This document shows, in pieces, positions 25,001 through 37,000 of a stretch of 64,000 nucleotides of DNA. Position 1 is the first letter of the stretch. Each line of letters starts with the position of its first letter. The translations under genes and the position numbers were made by a program. Source of the DNA: Phoronis australis. Lineage: Eukaryota > Animalia > Phoronida. The notes beneath the pieces were generated by a model that did no database searches, was not told where the DNA came from, and saw only the letters and a program-made list of their open reading frames with translations. The stretch is taken from assembly GCA_002633005.1 (NCBI GenBank), contig NMRA01000347.1, positions 248,001 through 312,000 of the forward strand. Direction: 5' to 3'.

Positions 25001-28000
25001 ATACGACCAGTGCCCGGTTGCATGAAACAGTCCCTAATTAGAGACTAAAACAAGTTCCCAAACTAGTTAGGGAAGTCCTTATAAGGATTTTGTTTAAGGA
25101 CTGTTGCATGAAGTGGTCCTACACTCGGTCCTTATTGGGAGTGCCCTAAATCCGGAGTAAGTTCCCAAAAGCCAAACAATCCCGATGATCGCCGTGGCTA
25201 AGGTCGCTTAATATGGCGAAAATTATTATCAACGAGGGAATACCTGCCGCATTTACGTCCTCTGTTCCATCTTTTGAATGATTATTCGAGTAAAGTGCAA
25301 AGCCAACGTGCATTATCTCAGAATTCGAGTTTTCTACTGCTGTTCAGAGCGCAGACGATCAATTGTGGCCGCCCACGCTAATGTAAATTAAAAAAAACAT
25401 CAAACTAGTGAAAAAGAATGTCCGGTAGGAGTCGCCGCACTTCCCAACGCTCTGTTAAAGCCGTCTGCTCAGTGAGACATGGAGTAAGTCGTGGCACTAT
25501 AGTAATCGATAAATTCAGTTCACAATGGAACTGCTAAACGGTGTAGTGGGTGAGATCACGCCCTCCTTGTTCGACTACTCCAAGCTCTTTAACTATCATG
25601 AAAATCCCAGCCCCTTGACATCTAAATCTTTCGTTTAGCTAATTGTCGCTAAACGTCTCGAGCGGGTTAGTTCTGTCACGGAATTTTTTTTTCAATAGCA
25701 ATATGATCTTGATCAGCCATTTTATTGCTAGGGACGCAACTTAGGGACTTACGGTAGGTAACCCCAAAAGTTCAGTCCCTATTTAGTGCCTAAATTAACT
25801 GGGAACTTTTCATGCAACAGTCCCAAAAATTTAGGGACGTCCCTAAGAGTTAAGGACATCCCTAACATTTCGGGACTGTTTCATGCAACCGGGCACAGAA
25901 ACTAGACAGACTAACAGGTGTGGGGGAACACATATTGGCGACTGGGCATGCCATATCTTTTGCTTCGTCCAGATTCCTATCCAAAGAACAAAATTGGTAT
26001 GTTCGCAAGCTCAAGGAGATCATAAACATCAGAATTCAGCCCCCTCTCTTGAATCGGGACGGAGGTCTCCGCTTACCCTCAGGGTATTCCAGCATTCTTA
26101 AGCAGCGAAAGGCGGAAAATCCCTCATTCGTTGATAAAGACCTGGCGGACCGGTCGAAACGTCTGCAAACAGCCTCCCTGTCTTTAAGTAAGTGATCATC
26201 TTATACTGCAATGTCTATAGAGATCAATGACGAACCTATTCTTCAGAATCCATTACTATCCTTTATCTTTGTGAAGAAGCCGGAAAACGATCTATTTCTC
26301 ATCCGTACACTACATATGTGGATATCCACACGCTTTTCGTATTTAATAATAAGATATTGGCTTTATATTCTTCTTAATAAATCAAAGGCGCAAAAGTAAT
26401 TTTTAGCAATGCACTACATTCTAAATACAATTCGTTTCTTATCCAGGGTCACTTGATGCAATTCATCACTTTCCATACGATGATATAACGTGCCAACTTT
26501 GAACCGAGTGTGCATGCTCACAGCACAGAGCATATTGCACAACGAACTGCGCCACCTTACACTAGTTCACGATTTCATAAAATGTTCCCGCTTACTTCGT
26601 GCAAACTCGCAATTTTGAAACACCTTCAGAACTTCTTCCTCTCACGCTGCGAAGTTCTCGATGCCCAACAGATAGCACTCCAGTATCTCTATGGCATGTA
26701 TACATGTAGTCTTCGTTGTCAAACCTGGAAAGAGCATGTTGTTCAACTGTAGGTCGAAAATCAAAACAGAGGTTGATGTGAGCATAGATCATAGACAACA
26801 GGTTCGCAACGCCGACATTTTCTTGCATACTATCCTAGAGGAGGAGCCACTCTCCTAAATTGCCAATTTCATGATCAGTATCCGGTTAGCGTATTGTGAC
26901 TGGAAATTCTCGCATCTGTTTCGCTGTCCAGTACAACGAAAAAAAAATAATTTCGGCATTGAAACCCTGTTGAAAGCATTCCAATAATAGAACCATTGGC
27001 ATCGTGAGTACTTTTGGCACCTGACCACACAGCCGATCATGATTAGCAGACGACGTATTTGGCGGAATTGAAATTCACTAATTTTGCAAGGTGGTGCTAA
27101 GTCAATAATGGCTTACGGCTTCGGCGTAAGATCACAATTTCGTCCACGGACTATAGCCTATTATGTGAGAAACTTTTAACAACACGTGCGATTTGTTACC
27201 AATGCCTGATCAAAATAAAACTCCTTTATTGAATTTCCATGCCTTCAAGACAAACCAAATCGGTTAGTTAATACATCTTTCCGTCGATGCTCAACAGAGT
27301 ACAGAATCGCAAGCGCATAGTTACGATCGAAGAAATGAGAGATATTGCAACCATGGAATGACCCTAGCGTGATATTATACAAACATGAACCAACCTTCAG
27401 TTTGATACCAGGTGTTATTGTACGGTATGGACATATTATGAAGTTAAAACTCATATTTCAGAATCAACATTTTTCATCCCTCTTGATTTTACATTAACCC
27501 CACTGTTATGCTAATGCAATATGAAAAAAACGTTTAGTGAGTTATGCAGAACTCACGTGAACATTTTTAATTTTTACAAAATTCAAGTGAAAAATCAGTG
27601 TTATAATTTGTACAGGAACTGTTGGTATGATTCCGATTTTTAAAAACAAAGGAGAATGCATTTTACAAAAAAAAGATCACAGTGTTAACAACAAGTGCAA
27701 AAGCTATCTCGTTGATGACATAGCTCTTGATGTCCCTCAGCGCTTTCTGCAGTCGATGTCCAGGATTTCATCACCGTTTGTATTCATAAATATAACCTTA
27801 GTAAACCTCTCAATTTTTTAGCTTGCTAGTTGGCTGAACTCAATGAATATTGTACAGAGACACATTAAAATATGATTTCCACAGAAATGTGCAACTCGAA
27901 ACGTGATGACTTTTGGAAAATCTTACGTTTGAAAGTATATTATAATTACAGACAGAGGAAAATTGAGGGTGTCACAGAGCGGGATTAGTAGACTTTAGCT

Positions 28001-31000
28001 ATGGCTCACGGCGAATTACCGCCATGAAGTTTTCCCTTACTCAGACATACTGTAAATGACTTTTGGTTCTACGTACATGAAGAACCAATCTCGGTATTGC
28101 CGAAGACCAAAGTTGGAGAATAAAATGACAAGCCGCGACAAGTCAACTTGAATGGATCCTGTTCTCGACATTTGTAACGAATTTTTAGTTCTGCCAAGCC
28201 GCAAAATCACATCTGTAAATGTATTGACTACGGGACAATCTGAGACTAATTGTGTTACTATATATTACAGTGTAAGTGATCGGAATCAAACATTAGTTCA
28301 TGTGACGAAAAGCAAGTTATCCGTTTTGATCAAACTCACCTTGGGATTTTGTCAATGTCTCGAGGTATCCTAAATTCCTCTACGGTCACATTAGCTGGAA
28401 AATTACACGACGTGGTTTTGTAGGAAGCAGGCCTTACCTGAAAATTACACCAGCATTAGTGTTTTTACTTACAAAGTATCTGAAAGACGTCATACATATA
28501 CGTGACCGAGTGACAGTTAAGCTGACGCACAATTAAAATAAGCAACCTCTCCCACGTACAATGCCACAAGAGTAACAAAAAGCAAGAAACCCGATTATCT
28601 GAGATAATCTTCAGCGCAAAACGGAACTCTGCAAAACTCGAGTTCTCACTCCAAAGGTCTTCTCCTGGAGCCAAACCACGTGACAGAGTATTTTAAGCGT
28701 ATGCCACGGGCGTTGACTTCAGTGAATATTTGACTATGCGTTTCAGAATTTAAAAACGAGCGAGAAGTCTATCATACTCATCAATAATCCCCAATACACA
28801 TGCAAATCGGTGGAAAATACCAACATAATGTATGAAATAAGTTTTAGCCAGCAGAGTTTGAAAATCCACAGTATTTCAACAGTAGTGAAAATATTATGCT
28901 GTCATCAACTTACTGTAACGTTGAGCTTTTTCAGTATCCTGTCAGAGTTTTTAGAGGATGTAGCGGTCACTATAACAGTGTGTATACCCTCACGACGCGG
29001 GACAATAGGAAAGGTCACAGTCACAGATTTTTGTCTCTTAATTGTGCCTTGAAACACCTTGCATTCTTTCCGAGATTCGAATTTTGCCAACACGTCAGAA
29101 CCAACTTTGGCGTATACGTCAACCTGATGAAATAAAGAAATCATTAAAAAATTATTGATCTATGGACACTAAAGTTACAAAGTAGGGATTTTCGTCGCCT
29201 CTTCTATAAGACTCATCATTTTCAAAATTGCCTTTACTACGAGCACCACCATAACCGTCGTCATCGTCATCACCGAAATCATTGTGTTCACTAGACACAA
29301 GCTAAATTAAACGATATTGGGTTCGTGCACAGCATTATTTGACTACACTGAACTTATGTCCCCCTCCACTCTCCGGCCGCGGCCACTTTCCAACCCTCAG
29401 TAGAGATGGAATGGAGTTTAACCCTCGGAGATACAGCCATCAGAAATGTGGGTACCCTTCAAAGACATTTCGCGCTAAAGGGTCATTTGTAGCCCGAACA
29501 GGTTTCACGATTGAGGGGATTAAAAGTATATTAGAGAAATCTCTTCTATGGGTGGACAGCAAAATTCAAAGTAAACGGCATTACTTTGTAATGCAGGTGG
29601 CGATGGAACATTGGCATGGAAGCTTCGGTTGTAAATTCGTCAGCGAGGTTTACTTCGTTAGGGCCACGTGGCGAACATACAGGGTACAGTCCAGGCTGTC
29701 CCCACTACACTGCCTTAGTTAGGAGCCGTCAGAAAATTTCCTGTTGAAATATGAGTATCCGATACTCTGATGGTTTTTAAGAAAATGGACCCTCCAACAA
29801 AAATGTCCCAGATGGGTCCCCTAAATGTTTTCTATCTTTTCAGTTTTTGCTGTTTCTTTTTTCGCGATTGCTTTTGCATACACCAGTCTCTAAGAAAGCT
29901 TCACAACCACGCCTTAATGATTACTTGTTTCTACATCTATGTTTAGTTAGTGGCATAGAAACGTCATCGGCAAACTCACCGGTAAATCGTCTTCTTCAAA
30001 GTTGAATATCGTTGCTTTGACTTCGACTTGTTCTTGTTCGATAATTGAGTGAGGTAAGGATGTTTCTACGAAAATTTTTTTGTAAACCTTGATAGTAGTC
30101 GTTTCAGCCACACAAAAACCGGAGTCCTGGTTGATACCAAACACTTGTACATCCCATGCAGTGATGGAGTGGGGGACCGTCAACCGAAAGGAGTTTCTAC
30201 CATGCGAGCTGCAATGGAACTAAACGTGTAGTTCTACTCACAGCCTAAACATGAAATCGACGAATTTATTATTTAAAACTGTTTTCCTCAGCCTTTAACT
30301 GCCCCAAAAGGGAATTCAAACCGGTTAAAATTCACGAAATCGCTCCCCAGTTCCTTACAAGGGCCAAACTACTTAAATATCGAAACTAGAAAAGTAATCG
30401 ATAAAACGCTTCAGAGTTAATTGGGTGTGACCAACATAATAATCACAAATTCGAAAAGGTGCCCATGTACATGTATGCGTTGCTTTGACATGAGTTTCTG
30501 GCTCATTCAGCAGAAATGATGCTAGGCTAAGTGTAGTTATGCTATAAAATCCTAAAGCACTTCGATTAAGAATTTAAAAAATTGACAGCGACTAAAGCCA
30601 TGGCGAAAACCGATTTACACGACTTTTCGTTATGAAACTGGACACGTATAATTATAGACACGACTGGGAAGTGTTTGCTATCTGCAAGTGATCGTTTTCA
30701 AACAAAGAAATGCTCTCTGTACTGCCAACACCTAATGAGATCACGCGGAGACTTGTCTAATCTCACAAAACTCGTAAAGAACTATTTATTTTGAAAATCT
30801 CAACCACCCTCTCCGTGGGAACGTCGTCTCTGTATCACCTTACCCGGTGTCAATCACTTTGTACATCCATATTTCGTCGAACTCTTGACGGCGTTGGATT
30901 TCGCCTATGTCTTGTGGCATCTGTTCAGGCATGTAGGACCTCTTAGAATCCCGACCCACACGACGCCCGAGTCCACTAAGTGAGCGACTTGCTGTAAAAT

Positions 31001-34000
31001 ATGAAAAATTACAGAAACAATGCGTTTCATGAGGTCCACACTAAGCATTTAGGTGGTAAAGGTGTATATTGTATGTGTACATGTATGATAGCTTATGTCA
31101 AAAACAGATTTTATTTCTGCCTAGGTTAACCTTAATACCAAAAACGACTTTGCTCACGAAGCCGTCTTTCCTGAGTTTTCGTCTTCGGTCTTCAACTTCC
31201 TTAAATTTTTAGTCTTACTGTAAGTTACTGGCATACTTTGTTAAATTTCTGATGGACATGAAACCACGTAATCTCCATAGGAGTGAGCATAGCTGTACAT
31301 GATGTTGACAAGTGTCATTACTCGACAGCTATCAAAATGTCACTCAATGCACGGCCAACGTAAACTCAGGAACTTGTGTAACGATGCTTAAAACGTCCAT
31401 CTGCAGCTTATCTGTTAAAGATAGGATATAGATGGACAACGACAACAATAACAAGTTTATTACTACAATATGTAAGCTAGTAATAATTTTGAATTTGTTT
31501 CTGATTTAAAGTGCTTCACGTAATCATCGGGCCGTATCCGGCCAACTTCGCTCGCGTAGTGTTAGCGTGCTCGTGCAGACGATTAAAGGAGTGTTAATGT
31601 ACACGTAACAAGGGAGTCTAGCAGTAAATGTCTATGAGTAGCTAAGCTACATGTATATGGCAGCGAGAGATCTCACAAAAAGTAGTTCGTGGTAAATGCC
31701 ATAAAATCGACCAACAAACAAAACAAAATAGCATAGGTTGCATTTTTGTATGTTTACTAGCATAATACGATAAAGGCATTTTCAAATTTCGAATTGAAAG
31801 TGATCGTCAAATGTCTTGTTTATCCTGTGTCCTCTTTGATTGTGCCTTTTTAGAATTTTAATACATTTTATTTCTAAATACACTAATATTTACAAACAAT
31901 AAGACATTTGCAAATTAAACACAGGCACACACACACACACACATATAATAGAAATTCACGGTTGGTCTAAAACAAATAGGCATTGATGCTTTCCCAAAAG
32001 GCAGTTTTACGGGGTTGTATATTCCTTACTTTACAATAATTATGCAAGTAACATTGAAATTATGAACATCCATTAATAATCTGGTTTCTAGAACATTTAT
32101 GGATGAAATACTGGCAAATAGTTAATAATTGATATCTTCAAAATTACATCCAAAATATGCTGTCAAAATAACATTTTTGTCTAAGATTAAGTCGTGTTGT
32201 GCAGTTACGTAAATTAAAAGTTTCTGAATTTCGCACCACAAAGTTTTCATAGAACCACATTCCACAAACATATGGTTAAAAGTTCCCAAAGTTCCACAAG
32301 ATGCACACTTGTCATCACTTACTATGTTCATCTTTTTCAAATTAAATTTTGTAAATACTTTTCTATGAATATAGAAGTATTTAAAGGTTTTAACATAAGG
32401 GGGTAACAAGAGTTTGTGTGGAAGAACATAAATTTGCTTAATTTGTTGTCTAGAATAAATGTCACCTTAGTAATTTGGCTTGACTGGGGATGTATGCATT
32501 TTGAAATCGAAGGATCAGTTTTCAACTTAATCGCACGCCTCAAAGCAGCATAATGAATCCAATTTGAAAGCTTATACATGTATCTATTTTTCAAAACCTC
32601 CCATGTCAGAAAGTTATTTTCAAAATTTAAAAGATCCTTCACAAAAGTGATACCAACCTCGAAAAAACTATTAAAGAATACAGTCCTCCTATTAATCAAT
32701 ATGTTTTTGTTATTCCACACTACTTGGTTTACAATTGTTATATCCTTATGTAAATGAGCACTAATTTCTTCCCAAGCAATCAAGATGTCAAGATAGAAGG
32801 TATCAATATTTGCAAGAGACAGCAATTTACAATCATAATTTGATTTAAAGATCAAAATACTTCCATATGTTTTAAAAACATACCCTGGAAACACTTTGAA
32901 AACTTCATTGTTTCCATCTAAGCAACGCGTAACCCACTTAACTAATAATGACTTGTACATAATATTTATAACGGGAACTGACAAACCACCATTTTCATGG
33001 GTATTTACAGCCACTTTTTGTTAACTCTAGATAGTTTATTTTGCCAAACAAAATTTTTTATCATGAGTATTTATCTTAGCTCTACGTTCGCTGTCAATTC
33101 CTAAATTGCTCATCACATAAATTAATTATTGTGCATTAGTGGATTGGCATGTATTCGTGTTCACATGTGTGCGCTTCCATTCTTTTAAATTCAGTTCACT
33201 GTTTTCTGTCGTCGCTCGAAAACCAGAAATTTAACTGCCATGTTTTCTTCAGTGCACTAAAAAACTCTGACGAGCACGTTCACATTATTAGGAAAAGTAG
33301 ATCTAGACCAAGTAAAAATGTTCGGCAATGAAGAAAGCCTTTTCTTGCCAATTAGTGTCAATGGTGCACAACCTCGCAGACTTCATACGAGCAACAACGT
33401 TGAGGGAGAAGGTTTCCAAGGTTACATGTCACTATTCCGAAAGTTTACTACTCTGAAGGTCCACTACTCTCGGTATGCAGATTCACTATATACTCTTTCG
33501 AAAAATCGCTACTTCGAATGTCCAAGTATTCTGACAAAAGAGCTCCGAAGTTAATTACTCTGATTGTCTGCTAAGGATTGGGAACTGACATGAATAAAGT
33601 GTCGTATTTGTGTCCATTTAGCAACCATATAAAGGGTGTGCAAGAACTGAATAGTTCTAAAAACGTTGATTACGTTGTTTACAAATGAGCCCACTTCCAA
33701 TCACTGCCAATCTTGAATCTAACTGTAACAGAGCAAGTCTCCACTGAGCATCAAAAATGTGTATTTCCCCTCATCAGGCATACGCTCAGTTCAGTTACAC
33801 ATGATAACGATCAATTTCATGTAGGCAAAGGAAGGAAACACCCTTCTCATAAGCCTGTCACTAGCGAAGTGCCCGACACATACAGTCACGCCCGCATGCC
33901 CACGTAACAAAGGCGCACTGAGACGCAACAAAGGCATTAGCATAAGAATAACTAAACATTTGCAACTAAACAAGAATAACAATAAGCGTAAAGTTACGAA

Positions 34001-37000
34001 CGTCCCGTCACATAACTAATGACTCATCCTCAAGCAGGGACAACATCTGGACGACCCACGGTGGTTTTGCATGCGCGTGGTTCCGGTGGGTGAGGTTAAA
34101 GTGCAGCGACCATAAACTTTTCAGTCAGTCGCGCTCGTGAAATTATGCGATCTTGACACGGATTTAATGAATATATCGTGCCAGATAATTCATCAATATT
34201 CCCACTTCATACAATGTACTCATTTTCCGTCTTCGTAAGACATGCAGATAATTTCACATTAGCGTGAAATCCAAACAAAGGGTTTTAGTACCAGGGCGTT
34301 GTTTTCGGTATAGGTACATGTACACGACTCAGAGCATATATTAACTGATGCATAGCTTAGTTTTGCTTTAAAAGAATAGAAAGTACACCTGAGCTAGGGA
34401 AGGATCCACGATTTTGAGTTAGGGGGCCAGGATTTTGCCCGTCAGACATGTGCACCCTCTAACTGCGACATGGAATGGGGAAGAATTTTAAGGAGGGGGG
34501 GCATGGTCTCTTTGCCCCTCACCCCTAAATTTTCATAGTTTTGAGAACCTTTGGAGTAGTGAACCTTAGGAGTAGTGAACCTTCGTTATAGTGGGTTGTT
34601 CCCATTTCCAGCGATGTAAACAACCTCAGCAATACGCAAAACCTTAACTAGATAAACTATTTCAAGTCATTCTGTGATTATATATTTCCGTCCGAGTATT
34701 TAATGAGGTTTAATTACTCATTTAAACACACCTGATTTGAAAGTTTGGCAGGAGGTAACGCTACAACATTGCATCAGAATTTGAGTACCCTTCTTCTTGG
34801 GAGCGACTGGATGTGAGCACCTAGGGGAGCTCAAAGGCTTTGAACGAGCCCCCCCCTTTTTGGAGAAGTTGGCAAGAAGGTCCGCCTCGGAGAAATACAA
34901 TCTCGGGAAAAAAATTTGAAAGAGAGGCAAAAGTCTGCTAAAAAGGCAGGAACTGCTAAAATTTGGTGAATGCACAATTCATCTAAAAAATTCGTGCTCC
35001 CCAATTATTCAGACTGGGTAAGCGCATGCAACCGCCACGGCATTCTCATTTCTGGTATCACGAATTCCGTCTCGACTCTGGAACATAGAGCCTTACAAAA
35101 AACTGTACAGTGTCGACGTTTGGAAAATATCAAAGGTCCACCCTTCTTGAAATTCGAACCACCCCCCACGCAATGCTGGCTACGGGCCTGCGTTCACATC
35201 ATAATCTCACATTTATACGTTGACAGATGTCACCTTCGCTTTTACGAGTCATACGTGTATTTTAAATAAATGTGATTGTCATTTTGTTGTCATGGGCGCC
35301 CTCAGTGTTCGAGTAAGAACTTGTAAGATTATACATTTGATGACAGTGCAGATTTCGTGCCGTGTCGAGAATGTTACCTGTGTTGCCACGCCAAGAATGA
35401 AACTGTCAATAAACTTCGGCAAAGTTTTGATTGCGATATGCTGTGACTTAAACCTGCATATTGTAAGCAGGTGAGGTGGTAGTGATAAATATAGTGAGGT
35501 TGCATGTTATGAATCAAGGGGTTGTAGCTCAACACATTACTTGATTGTGTAAACGAATATGTTTCGAGATATGTCAGATTTCAGTGTGGTTTCGTTTGAT
35601 GAATTTGACCAGCTTCCGATTGATTGCGATTTTGCAGGTAATTGTAGCTATGATAGTTGATGTAGTGCACACAGTCGCACACTCGCCTAGAGTGGGATAT
35701 TGGCCTAGTAGCAGAATCTCATGGAGTATTCTCTAGTTGGCTCTAAGAATGTCTCTTCATGGGACCACTCACGCGACTCTGTGGTATGACTTATGCTGAT
35801 GATTTTCGCGTGCGCTCTAGGCGCGGCTAATTACCAAAAGCATAAATCATACCGTCGGACTTACTTGTTCTCCTTCGGTGACGTCTACTGCGCTGCCCGT
35901 TTCTGTTCATGAAGCTCCTGAACGTGGTACGACTCAGACTTCGAACTCTTGTGTTGGTTAAAACTGTTAGACCCATGCTCTGAAAACAGATGTCTTGAGA
36001 TTTAATATATGCACGTGTTCGTGAGAATACGATTGCTAGTATTGTAACTTGTTAAAATAGTTTTAGCTCTTGCTGTCCTATTATTCAATCAAACAATTTA
36101 ATAAATTACTGTATTTCTTGCCTCATGTTTAGCATGTTCATGCAGTCTACAGTGGTGGATCTAGGATATCACAAGGGGGGCCCAATATTTTTTTCTGTAA
36201 GCATTTGCGCAAACCAAGATTGTAGATGCGCATAGCACCTAATGGGGAGAGGTCAAAATCCCCTCCCGCCCAGGAAATTTTTCTGTTTTTTCCTCTAAAA
36301 ATCAAGCATTTTCCTTGATTCCTGAAGTATTATCAATGAAAAAAGGCAAGAAAAGAGAACGTGTCAAACAGACTCGAACTCACGACCTGGCAGATAGAAC
36401 CCGCGTGCTTAACCACTACACCACCACGATTTTTAAATCTGACACTAAGGTACCTACTTGTTTATGGTCCACAGCCTTTGCGCGCGAAACCTACTTCTTT
36501 TTGTAATGCTTACTACACGTTATATATTGTGTGCACTCGGTTCGTGGCAAATTTGTTGTATTTAAAATAGTCTTCAAATGCCCAAAAGACCAAGTCCGTT
36601 TTTCGTGTTGGCAATAATGACGGGATTGCTTTGGAAATCGTCTTAAGTTAAGGTTTGACAAAGAGAGTATTGCGAGTTTCTGAGTGATTCACTAAGGCTT
36701 CGATTAATATTCACATCTTACCAGCAGCTTCTGTTTTTTCATCGTCATTCAGGTTCCATTTTCTTAAAAAAATGAAGTAAATTGTCTTCATTGCACAGTG
36801 GATCAGACGACGGAAACGGAGTCGTAGTGCCCACCACCGCTATATATCGCGGGAGAGCCTATACTTAGCCATAGTTCCGTTACGATCGCGCCGTGTTCCG
36901 AATTTGACACTTGAAATTGATCTGAGCCCCCCAAACACTAAAACTGCACACATTTAAATCTTGTTTCATCCGTATAATTTTAATAAACTCAACATTTCCC

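Noticed and set aside
28473-28479. 7-nt microexon (cag|ATACTTT|gtaagt) in intron 16
   Set aside because: It would leave a ~35-nt intron and break the frame; read-through hits TAA.
33360-35460. Hidden anaphylatoxin exon candidates (CC codons near 33390, 33925, 34040, 34765; AG-GT block ~35378-35453)
   Set aside because: In-frame stops, wrong phase, or no ANA cysteine spacing.
28438-35864. Domain loss caused by assembly gaps
   Set aside because: No Ns in introns 13-16; the nearest N (37063) is in intron 12 between contiguous exons. Mis-assembly without Ns is not excluded.
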